Positions 27,627 through 39,528 of a stretch of DNA of 64,000 bases are shown one piece after another (position 1 is the stretch's first letter; each line of letters begins with the position of its first letter). The position numbers and the translations under genes were made by a program. This stretch comes from Octopus bimaculoides. Taxonomy: Eukaryota. The notes under the pieces are model-generated. The model saw nothing but the letters and a program-made list of their open reading frames with translations. It ran no database searches and had not been told where the DNA came from. The DNA lies in contig NC_069004.1 of the NCBI RefSeq assembly GCF_001194135.2, forward strand, positions 1,893,639 to 1,957,638, read 5' to 3'.

Positions 27627-28924
27627 CAAACATTACATATATATAAATACACACACACACACACACACACACAAATATCGCCAGCCTTCATCCCCCACCC
27701 ATTTTACAATTTATTTGACCAAGCTTGCACAGGTGGTCAAAACTTCTCCAGCAACACATCACCAATCAATCAATCTATACATACAGGCTGTCCATAACTT
27801 ATCTTTACAACTTCCACAGTTTATCGTCAAGATGTGTTGCGTGTCACCAATGGAATCCATGTAGGAGTGTTCTGGTGTTTTAATAAAACTCTATTTGTTT
27901 CTCAATAAACTCTGTTGAGTTATACTTGCTTTAAACTTTTTTTCCTGAATTTTTCAAATTGTAAAACTAATTTATGGACACACTATATATATATATTTAT
28001 TCTTAGTAGAGTAGCCGAGGTCAAAACGAGAGAAAAAAAGATTCCTCCCTCCATATTTTTAAGAGGTCATGGGCCAACAGGTTTTTGGGGTCTGACGATA
28101 CGCCGTAAAGCTAAACCTTTTATTATGGACGGGAAACCTAAGATAATCCCATAAACCGGCCTTCGCTATTTANNNNNNNNNNNNNNNNNNNNNNNNNNNN
28201 NNNNNNNNNNNNNNNNNNNNNNNNNNNNNNNNNNNNNNNNNNNNNNNNNNNNNNNNNNNNNNNNNNNNNNNNNNNNNNNNNNNNNNNNNNNNNNNNNNNN
28301 NNNNNNNTATATATATATATATTTATAGGTTGATTTTTTTTTATTTCCAAAACGAGTAAAAATCACATACACATACATTAGATAGATAGATACATACATA
28401 CATACATACATACATACATAGATATGCATGTATCTAATACGTTGTGCGTGTATAATGTTCATTTAATGAGAAAGAGAGTGAGAGAGAATGTCTGCATAGT
28501 TAGAGTGACATGATTAAAGGGGAATAAATCCGATCGACTGACGAACGAAAACTGATGGCGTCGTCTGCACGTCTATAAGAGTTTATTCTTTAGCCCGTTT
28601 CTGTCAATAGACTGCGGCCATGCTGGAGCACCATCTCGATGAAGAGCTTTTAGTCTTTGGGTAAAAGAAAATACAGGAGGATCAGTTATGATTTTATCTA
28701 ACATATTCCCCTCTCAGATTCACACGCTTATTACACCGGTCCTTCAGTTTTTCTAAGCCCTGTAAAAGAACTTGGAAAGTTGGGCTTCCAGCCAGGCTTT
28801 TCACAACACCCCACCACCCCGCATACACACACACACACACACACACACACTCTTACTCTGAGTGTATGGCTGTTCAATAAGAAGCAAAGGAAGCAGGGTT
28901 AACCTACTTAAGCAGAAAGAGGAT

Positions 28925-28960
28925 ATATACTCATACACACACACACACATAGATATATAC

Positions 28961-29034
<74 letters not shown>

Positions 29035-29082
29035 ATATATATATACATACATATATATGTATATATACACACATGTATATAT

Positions 29083-29125
<43 letters not shown>

Positions 29126-29148
29126 TAGATAGATAGATACACACGTAC

Positions 29149-29206
<58 letters not shown>

Positions 29207-29225
29207 GCGCATATATATACACGCA
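28925..29225. repeat. Compound (TA)n/(CA)n/(TAGA)n microsatellite (representative of dozens)
   Basis: Read directly. Similar arrays at about 8040-8350, 14000-14290, 16350-16510, 27545-27675, 37885-37994, 58640-58805 and 60540-60695. Confidence 0.95.
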
Positions 29226-29855
29226 CACATTGTGCCTCCTCTACTTTGTTTGCCTGTAACTTTCTTAAGAATTAAAAAAATGCTTATATTTTAACGAGAT
29301 TTTCCAGAGATACATTTCAGATTTCAGATGGTGTATATACTTGGGGTAGATTATAGATTATGTCAAGAAATGTTTGGTAGTTTTTTCTTTTTATTTTTTA
29401 TACTTTGCCCTTTTTCCAACTTTGCTTCCTCGTAAATTATTAGAAAAAAATTTTTAATGCAGTTTTCCAGAGATACATTTTTAGAGATTGTAGATGTGAG
29501 TGGGAGATGATAGTGATGGTGGTGGTGATGATGATGATGATAATGATCATATATAAACACACACACACATACATACATACACATACATGCACACATACTC
29601 AGTCTAATTGTAAAAATTATTTTGAGGTTAAAACTCATTACGAACAGAGAGCAGACAATGATTTCAAACTAGAATAATCTGAGGAAACTAGTAAATGTTT
29701 GTCATTTGGCAAGAGTAATGTAAATAATTTAAACTGCGAAGTAAAAAAAGTTTTGTCATGTGGAAGAAGAGAAACTAAAACATTTAGGGCAATGCTATTC
29801 CGTGTGAAAGATAAAATATCAAATTGGTTTGGTAAACTAAATGAATTAGGTGGAT

Positions 29856-29886
<31 letters not shown>

Positions 29887-30719
29887 ATTAGTGGTGGTGG
29901 TGGTGGTTTGGTAATGGTCAGAGCAAGGAGAAAATGAAAGGAGCCTTCTGAGTTTTAAAGGGGAAAAAAATGAAAATAAAACAAAAAGTTTCTTGTATAA
30001 AATTCATTCAACTCTTTCAATGTGAATCATTTTTTAATTTGTCATCAGCAACAGTTTCGTTAGTTGTGCAATATATATATATTTTTAGTATCAGTTTTCA
30101 ATAAACAGGATTTACATAATACTAGTTTTTTTGGGTTTTTTTTTTAGTTAACTAACTTTCTAAACTTATTAGTTCAAAGACTAGGATTTAAAAGAAAGGA
30201 AAGAATAAAGAAACCTAGATATTTGGTACTCAATTATGTCAGCCAAACTCAAGTTCATAAAATCTTTAAAATGGGTATCTTTACAGTTCTAAAAGAAGAA
30301 TGCTCTTGTTTTATATAAGGATCTCTTCTTCGTGACATTGTAGTCTCCAAGCCTTTTGCCCTTCACAGAAGCTTTTCTTTGTGGCCTCTGCAGCGCAGCA
30401 TAGCAGGGAGTGGGACAAAGAACTGGTTTACCCTTGGTGATGCTATATTGCAGGCAGCACTTTTGGGTCAGATATATAAGCTTGTATAGGACTGAGAGCT
30501 GGTAGGTCCAGCTCCAGCGCTACCCTGGGTACTGCACACTCTCTAACGACAACCACTGGGTCTCTGTATATCATTTGGCGGGTGTAGGAAGAATATGAGC
30601 TGTTGACCCTTTGTCTAGTCTGGTACCCTAATCACTCAGCCAATTGTTGATCCTCCATAGTTCAGAATATTTGTACTGAAAGTAAGTAGTATTTAAAGAA
30701 CTCGATTATAAACCAAATA

Positions 30720-30916
30720 CAAGGGAGTGCTGAAAACTTCTTGGCTTTAAGGGTATCATAAAAGGCCTGGTTGGAGGCCCAAACTTCCAACTTCTTTTAC
30801 AGGGCGTAGAAAAACTGAAGGAATCCTGCAATAAGTGTGTGAATACGAGGGGGATATTAACTGAGCCTCCTGTATTTTCTTTTACCTAAGGCCAGGAACT
30901 TTTCAGCACTCCCCCA
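30720..30916. mobile_element. Mariner-derived MITE (deletion derivative)
   Basis: TA-flanked ~30-bp TIRs (CAAGGGAGTGCTGAAAACTTCTTGGCTTTA versus reverse complement TGGGGGAGTGCTGAAAAGTTCCTGGCCTTA); internal GVEKLKESCNKCVNTRG resembles a mariner transposase C-terminus. Confidence 0.75.
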
Positions 30917-31523
30917 TACTGTATGTATTTAAAATACAATTGTTACAATGTGTTAGTGTTGTAGAAGCAAGCAATATATGAACTAATTCAGCCAAAGTCA
31001 ATACACTTCACTGATATTTCATTATTCAACTTGTTTAGAAACAGGTTATAGACATATATGTGAGGTCAGTACAAGTTATATAATTAGATCCACACAGTTA
31101 TATATTCAATCAGTAATTCTCAATATTTTGCGTTTCAGAAATGATATCACTAAATCATATTTTACAGATGCCTTTCTCATACATTAAAAAAAAAAAAAAA
31201 AAGAACATGGTTCATTATTATAATCATATTCTGCAGTAATTTATCCATTTTCTTGTAGTCTCTCATCCATCATGTGACTCTTTTGAGATATTTGCTTGGA
31301 TTAGTTAGTGCTCCCTGCTTTAAATATAGGCATGGGAGTGCAGTTAAGAAGCTTGCTTCCCAGTCACACTGTTCTGAGTTCAATCCCACTTCACAGCACC
31401 TTGGACAAGTGTCTCCTACTATAGCCCCAGGCCAACCAATACCTTATAATGAAATTTGGAAACTGTGTGTGTGTGTGTGTGTTAAGAACCATTTTATCAG
31501 ATCAACAGATCAACGCTTGTTAC

Positions 31524-31974
31524 CAGTAGCATAACTAGGGGGAGGGGGCAAGGGGGCACGTACCCCAGGCGCTGATTGATGTGGGGGGGGGGCGCCTCAT
31601 CAAAAGCATGAAAGATGAGACTTTAAACAATTGTATTTGTTTTTTGTTTTTTTTTTAATTTTTATTTCACATCTCATTTCACACATTAGGTTTTTTTAAT
31701 GTTTCAATTGGGGAAGCAGGTGCATTAAATGAATAAAATAAGGAGGTTTTGTAAAGGTAAACATTCAAAAAAATATGTTTTGAATTATAGGCTGTACCGA
31801 ACCAGCAGGTAAATGAACCCTGGTAAAGTATCAATTCCTAAAATATTGCTTGATAACGTTAATTATTGTAACAAATAAGTACCATATAATATCATGGATT
31901 TTGTAATGAGGGGAGGAACGGGGTGGCATTTTTTCGGCTTGCTCTGGGCACAGTTTAGCTAAGCTATGCCACTG
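31524..31974. mobile_element. hAT-like non-autonomous element
   Basis: Imperfect TIRs CAGTAGCATAACT / CAGTGGCATAGCT; 8-bp target-site duplication cttgttac (31516-31523) / tttgttac (31975-31982). Confidence 0.75.
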
Positions 31975-33055
31975 TTTGTTACATATAAGATCAGCAGAAA
32001 TAATCAGGGATCACAGAATAAGCAAGGAATGGCAACTATAAAACCTTCCTTCCCAACTTTCCAGTAAAAAAATAATTCTTAGGTACATTATCAATCGTCA
32101 CCTGAATGAATACTTAACCCAGAAATATGTTTTTGACCTTTATTCTACTCTTAAATATATCGTTCCTTCAATGGCCTCCACTTAACTGAACTTCCCTTGA
32201 TTGTTTCTATAGCCATCAAAAAATACACTCATTGTTCCTCCAACGTAATGCATGTACGTAAGAGCATGTACACGTGAGAGCATGTGAGTGCATGCACGCA
32301 CACGTGTGTGTGTGTGTGTGTGTGTGTGTTGTTCTTTTTTTAACTTTTCTACTTGTTTCAGTCATTGGACTGCAGCTATTTTGGAACACCACCTCATAGG
32401 GTTTGTTGAACAAATCGACCTTCGCTATAAGTCTGGTGCTTACTGTCAGTCTCATTTGCCAAACCACCAAGTTACAAGGATGTAAATAAACCAACACTGG
32501 CTGTTAAGTTGTGGCAGGGGGATGAACACAAAGACACACACACACATATGACATGATGAGCTTCTCACAGTTTCCGTTTGTCTTTGCTCGTCCTCAGTCT
32601 GGAGTAGCAATGGCCTGCTAGTTGGGGATGCCTGTCAAGCTCTCCTAAACATAATTCTAGTGAAACAAATTCACTGATTTCAAAAATAGAAAGAATACAT
32701 TTCTAAATCTCTCACAGAGATTTATGCAGTAGTGATGCCATAAAGTAGTTCTATGCTGTCAACTTAATGTGACAGTCCCATGAAGGGAATAATACTAATA
32801 ATCCTTTCTATTTTAAGCACAAGACCTGAAATTTTGGGGGTGGGGTTGAGTGATTACCTCAACCCTAGTGTTTTACTGGTACTTAATTTATCGATCCTGA
32901 AAGGATGAAAAGCAAAGTCAACCTCAGCAAAATTTGAACTCAGAGCGTAAAGACGGAAGAAATGGCACGAAGCATTTTGCCTGGTCTGCTGGAGGAGTGC
33001 ATTGAGATTCATCGATTTTATAGTGATGGTTCTTGTCAATTAGATAACGTATTAA

Positions 33056-33288
33056 GGCGGCGTGCTGGCAGAGTGGTTAGCACGCCGGGCGAAATTCTTA
33101 GCGGTATTTCGTCTGCTGCTACGTTCTGAGTTCAAATTCTGCAGAGGTCAACTTTGCCTTTCATCCTTTCGGGGTCGATTAAATAAGTACCAGTTAGGCA
33201 CTGGGGTCGATATAATCGACTTAATCCGTTTGTCTGTCCTTGTTTGTCCCCTCTGTGTTTAGCCCCTTGTGGGCAGTAAAGAAATAAG
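33056..33288 (+). mobile_element. tRNA-derived SINE family A, young full-length copy with long-tail variant
   Basis: A-box-like GGCGTGCTGGCAGAGTGG, B-box GAGTTCAAATTC, core tttgcctttcatcctttcggggtcga; direct repeat taacgtatt at 33045-33053 and 33290-33298. Confidence 0.85.
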
Positions 33289-33973
33289 TTAACGTATTTA
33301 TTACATAATCAACCTAGAAGGCATTTGGCTCAACGTCCTTATTTCATTAAGATGTCTTCGTCGTGTCGTGTGATCAATTAAAGTCTTTAGAACAGATTTT
33401 GAGGCTTCCTTGAGAAAGTTGTCTTCTAAACAATAGACAGATTACCCTTGACTCACATTTGCTGAAATTCACATAATCAGTTGTGTTTTGGGTCACGAAG
33501 CTTTAGAATCTAAAGTCATTAGGGAAAACTGCGGCCCGCTTCGTGAAAATGGTTGCTCAATGCCTGCTTTAGATATCTGTAATCACAAATATATATTCCC
33601 TCTCCGTTGTTAATGATTTGTAAGACTGAACCAGTTTACTTGTTGTTGTGGTTGACGTCGTTGCTATTATTGTTCTTGAACCCCAAATTTGCTTTAATTG
33701 AACAATACCTATCATCAGCGATGCCCATATCATGGCTATCCCCTCTTTCTTTCCAAAACATAATGCATAACATATATATATATATATATATATATATGTT
33801 ATCGTACATCTCTTTCCATGTTTGGGGATTGTTGTTTTTTTTATATACAAGTATTTCATTTGACGGAGACTTCGCTGTTATTTCTAACCGTTCGAGTAGC
33901 TGATATAGGGACCCTCCCCCTCCTTGGTCCGGCTTGATAATGCTGTTGAAATTTAGGACTGCGTTGACCCAGC

Positions 33974-34172
33974 TTAGGAATATTTTGGGGGTGATGGTGG
34001 AATTTGATAACTGCCTGGTATCAGTTGTTGCCATTGCTCATTAATATTCGTTTGTTGACAGAGGCACAAGACCTCGCTTTTGCTCATTAGCATAGCAGCT
34101 GATACCGTGATACCCACCGCTACCATTGTCACCACAATCACTAATGTTATAATTAACACACCATTAGTACCA
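33974..34172 (-). CDS. Possible antisense terminal exon: TM helix plus short tail ending in a PPxY motif
   Basis: Minus-strand poly-T tract then cataag|; GTNGVLIITLVIVVTMVAVGITVSAAMLMSKSEVLCLCQQ...QIPPSPPKYS*. No family recognised and no intact upstream exon. Confidence 0.3.
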
Positions 34173-34310
34173 CTTATGAAGTTTCAGAACAAAAAAAAAG
34201 AAAAAAGAAAGCTGTTAGATTTACTGTAGCAACCGACCGACAAACAACACCATTTCATCCATCCTGCTGTAGCAACCAACCCCCAACACCATCATCCCAG
34301 CGCTTTGAGT

Positions 34311-34882
34311 CAGCTAAGTTTTACTGCAGCCTAGTTGTTGACTTGGTATCCGCTCAGCCTGGCTGCGTTGGTTGTGGTATTGGTAACAGACACAGGAACG
34401 GTGTCGATGGTGCTCGTGGTTGTAGTGGTAGGTTGATACAAGTGACAGCAAGAGTGGTGGCTGTTGTGGTATTGATAATGCTTCGGCCATATGTAACATT
34501 TGGTAAACTGTTACCAATAAGCTGACAAGAAATTCTGGTGCCGTTGATTGTGATATTAGTAGACGAAGGTGCAGCTAAGTTTTACTGCAGCCTTTTCGTG
34601 AACTTATATCTTCTCTGATTGTCAATACTGGATTTGGTATTGGTAATAGACAAAGGAGATGTGTTAGTGGGCGTTGTGACAGTTTAACAGATGGAGTAGC
34701 ATCGGTAGTGGATCATAGGTCCTTTGGCCATATGTGGCATTTGGTAACTGGTACCATAAGTTAACTGGAAATAGTGACGGTGCTGTCGGTGTTGATTGAT
34801 ATAACTAGTTTGGAGGTGTGGCTTTCTTGGTGAATTGTTGTTGTAAGCCTATGCTTGTAGCAGTAAATGGTGGTGGTGAGAG
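34311..34882 (-). pseudogene. Decayed Thr/Ser-rich (mucin-like) sequence made of two imperfect ~240-261 bp units
   Basis: Fragments NTTTATTLAVT, YQPTTTTTSTIDTVPVSVTNTTTN and VTTPTNTSPLSITNT lie in shifting frames with stops; acceptor ttccctctctgttcacag| at 34883; identical 21-mer at 34311 and 34572. Confidence 0.3.
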
Positions 34883-37149
34883 CTGTGAACAGAGAGGGAA
34901 TGGAAGTGAATAGCAAGGTTCTCTTGTTGCCAAGCTGGTGCTGTAAACTAACATTCGTGATTTGGGGCGGAAATTTTCAGCTGATCAGACAGGCCGATCG
35001 TGTAGAGAAAGAGAAGAGCAACGTTTTTAAAATGTGTGAAAAAAAGACAAACGGAATGAAATTTCTTACAATTAATGGGAATTAGCTGACCACACTTAAA
35101 CACTACCTCATGTATGTATAGCACGTCTGTAACTTTTTATATTTAAATATATAATCTTGACGAAAGTTGTTTATCACCATTACAAATGTGTATATATGTA
35201 TCACCATATATATATATATATATATATATCACCGTTTATAATATATGCGCCTTCATCGCCAAATATTTGCTTGTGTCTCTGTGTGTGTGTTTGTGTTGGT
35301 GAATAATTTTTAGAATTAATCCTGCTTTCGATCCTATAAAAAAATATCAACTCCATTCAAGTGACCATGATCACCAAGGATATCAAAAGATAATTAACGC
35401 TGTAAACTAATCAGCAATAATATGCTACACTCTGCTTATTGAAGTATTCAATTCTTTATTCCATGTTTGAAAACCTTGTTCTTACAAACAAACACTGGAG
35501 AAATATATATTATACGCCACTTTGGCCATTTTTCTAATATCTTTGTCTCTTCCTTACCTCGTACATCAATTCTACTGTAATCATCTTTTACACTCTCGTT
35601 TATTCATTTGAATTTGTATATTACGCATCTTTTTATTTGTTTCTTTTTTATCTTTAACCCTGATAACACACCCTTTATTAGTTCGTTAGATAGATAGATA
35701 GATAGATAGGCGCATATACATAACATACATACACTAACACATGCCTTTACTTATCACACAGTCTCTCTGCTTTTGTATTTCTCAACATCCTCTACGAATC
35801 TATTTACCACACAACTCAACAAAGTTCACTTCGTTTGTAAGAATTTATCTCATTTCTCATCCATAATTCATTTATTTATCTCATTTATCAGTCCTCGTTT
35901 ATCACACACTAATTTTCCTATATTAAATTAGCATTTATTTGTTATTCTCTCATCTAATTAGACATGCACACCGCATGTACCACACATCTTTGATGCACCC
36001 ACCACACACACACACACAGCGCACAGCATAATTTTCGTTTCCCACACACATACGCACACACAAACATAGACATTCTCTCTCTCTCTCCCTCTCTCTCGCG
36101 CGCGCAGTCTTCTAATTCCTCTTCCAGCTCTTTGTTGCCTGACATGTTCTTTTGTTATTGTACAACCTATGCCCACATACATATTATGTGTCAGTCCTAG
36201 TTGAGATCTCTCGTGGCATATATATACATACACACACACACACACACAAAGATGTGTCATAACTATCCTCGCAGTATTATCTCACCCGCCTTATTTTGTT
36301 ATATAATAAAACTTCGCACAAAACAAAACGACGCAGTCGCGGCGGAATTTCGGAACTGATACCCCGTCCAGCCATCTCATGAGATAAGACAATATTTACC
36401 AGGAGCTGCATTGAAATTTTGGGGACCCCCCACACACACACCGAATTGTAATTTTTTTTTTATTATGAAATAAAGAAATACTAAAAACTGAAGGGAAAAA
36501 AACTAGGTTTTTTTTTTTGTTTGTTTTTCCATGAAGTATAATGTACCTAATCCGAAACTCGGCCCAGCTTTTTACTCGGTCGTTTGATCTGTTGGAAATA
36601 GCAGCCGAACTGAATCTCTTAATTTATAGTGTATTAAAAAAATATATATAAAGGAAGAACGCATAAGATAATGCGAAGTCTTACGTGCACGATGACTGAA
36701 AAGAAAAAAAAAGGAAGAGACAGTCACGGTTGGAACACCTTTGACAATAGATTGGTAGGTCTGCTGGATCGGAGCTAACCTCGAACTAAATAATAATGTG
36801 CGTCATAAATTCCCGTTGAATCGTTGCTGTTCTCCGACAATCCTTGCTTCGGAAATACATTTTGATAAATGCCGAAATCCATAGCATGCATACATTACTA
36901 AAACAATGGGAAAATGTGTGGGGTGGGTATTTATATTCGACTATCAACACCAGCAGAGAATTTTATCATTAATAAGACACCCAGTAATACTTTAGCGATT
37001 TAAAAAAAATGTAACAAGAATGTTTTCGTCGTCAACATTGTATTGTCCCGTTTTGAGTTGGAATCTCTTGTCCGCATATCCTCTCTCTGTGTGTGTGCGC
37101 TCAGTTACATCACATATTTTGACGGGATGGCTCTCTCTCTCTCTCTCTC

Positions 37150-37220
37150 TCAATGACATTCTTCCGGCATCTTGTCAAACATCTGTAAAATGGCTTGTGT
37201 CTCTTCCATTGGTTACATAC
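37150..37220. promoter_or_regulatory. Possible intronic promoter-like motif cluster
   Basis: CTTCCGG (ETS-like), AAAATGGC (YY1-like) and CCATTGG (CCAAT-like) within ~70 bp in a CpG-retaining region; motif match only. Confidence 0.2.
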
Positions 37221-37492
37221 GAAAAAATAATTTCAATATATGTTTTGGCAATCCAGTTAAAATGTAGGTGTATTTTTTTCTGAACATACATATGTTCAAA
37301 AATATGAGTGGACGAACAGAAGAAAAATGGCACTCAATACTTTTGGTTGGAGTTACATATGTTATTTAATAACGGTTTGACTCAGTTCCATGCAACTTAA
37401 AGTTTCAGAGGCTCATACAATTAATGTGGCTCGTCAGATGTTTGGAGACCAAGTTAGTGTTAGGATTATACATCTCACACTTGACCTTATGC

Positions 37493-37532
<40 letters not shown>

Positions 37533-37935
37533 CTTCCCACCCACATGGTTCCAGGTTCAGTCCAGTTGTGTGGTACCTTGGGCAAGCGTCTTCCACTATA
37601 GCCTCACACCAAAGCTCATCATATATATATATGTATGTATGTGTGTGTCTTTGACAACCAGTGTTGGTTTGTTTACATTCCCGTAACTTAATAGTTTGGC
37701 AAAAGAGGCTGATAGAATAAGTACCAGGCTTTAAAAAAAAGTAGTGGGGTTAATTTGTTTGGCTAAACCTTTCAAGGCAGTACCCCAGCATGGCCACAGT
37801 CCAATGGCTGAATCAAGTAAGAGATTAAAGATAAGGTTGCACCATATTTACCTGTCTGTGTCAGCCCTCACCACACACAAATATATATACACATACACAT
37901 ATATATTCTTACATATATATGTGTGTGTATGTGTA

Positions 37936-37979
<44 letters not shown>

Positions 37980-38522
37980 TACACACACACACATNNNNNN
38001 NNNNNNNNNNNNNNNNNNNNNNNNNNNNNNNNNNNNNNNNNNNNNNNNNNNNNNNNNNNNNNNNNNNNNNNNNNNNNNNNNNNNNNNNNNNNNNNNNNNN
38101 NNNNNNNNNNNNNNNNNNNNNNNNNNNNNNNNNNNNNNNNNNNNNNNNNNNNNNNNNNNNNNNNNNNNNNNNNNNNNNNNNNNNNNNNNNNNNNNNNNNN
38201 NNNNNNNNNNNNNNNNNNNNNNNNNNNNNNNNNNNNNNNNNNNNNNNNNNNNNNNNNNNNNNNNNNNNNNNNNNNNNNNNNNNNNNNNNNNNNNNNNNNN
38301 NNNNNNNNNNNNNNNNNNNNNNNNNNNNNNNNNNNNNNNNNNNNNNNNNNNNNNNNNNNNNNNNNNNNNNNNNNNNNNNNNNNNNNNNNNNNNNNNNNNN
38401 NNNNNNTTTCATGAGCCAAAATAGAAACGGGGTGGGGGAATGATTCCAAAAGGAAAAATAATTAACCCAAGGAGCAGCAGCAACACATTTCAACAGAAAA
38501 TAATAACAATAACAACAACAAC

Positions 38523-38558
<36 letters not shown>

Positions 38559-39528
38559 GAAAATAATAATAACAATAATAATAAGGGGTTTCAGGAGAAA
38601 GGTTAAGTCAATTACATTGACCCCAGTACTTAACTGGTATTTATTTTATTGACCCAAAAAGGGGACTCACACACACATAAGAACCAACAGTGTAAACAAT
38701 TATTGTTGCAGGAATTCAAAGGAGATGGTGTGCACTGTTGAGAGCAGGTCTAAATGTTTATGGTACCCAAATTTAGGGTTTAATTTTCATTAGGGCCGAC
38801 CTTCTCTTTCATCCATTACCATTGTATTCATTTAATGGACTCAGCCAGGTAAAGAGATGCTGCAAAGTTAGTCTAAGGATTTAAGAAGGACATGAGAAAT
38901 GAACTAACGAGTTTGATGAGGTGAACACAATAACAAACACTGTCGGTTGGCATGTTGTTTGAGCCCTTTTAGGGAGCAGATGTCATCAACACTTTTTCTT
39001 TCCATTGTTTTCAACTCTGGACTGTCTTTTCTACTTCTCTCCAGATGGATCCCTGTGTTTTCAACTCTTCCACATTAGCATGCCTCTTATGTTTCCCTGA
39101 AGAATTCCCTTCCAGATTTTGTTGGTTTTGAATTGTCTTTGATGCTTCCGTAGCTTTGCTTTTTACCAGGTAGGAGTCTTGGCCCTATACAAACTTGTTT
39201 TTACCCCTGGGAAAAAGTGGTCCACATTAGTCTCACCTCTATCAGCATTTGGGGGGAAAAGACTCTTAACAGGAGCTTGTACTCTGCTGGGATAGCTCTC
39301 AAGGTCATTGAAGCCTGCAAATCCCCCACACACAACAAACAAGGACTTGACCTTGTGGAGATAGACATGTAGACATTATAAAATTTATAAGAACAGTAAA
39401 ATGGCCTAAATGGATAGTTAAAATGGACAGAAAATCCAAGGAAATTTGCAGTAAGGATTGGTTATAGGAATTGCAAACAAAAATAATCTGTGACAAAACT
39501 GATTTGTGTTTTTTGTTTCTCTTTTCAG

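Noticed and set aside
30290-30660. GC-richer stretch with faint Piwi-like PTPCYA on the minus strand
   Set aside because: Stops in the frames examined, no splice support, and similarity too short to be meaningful.
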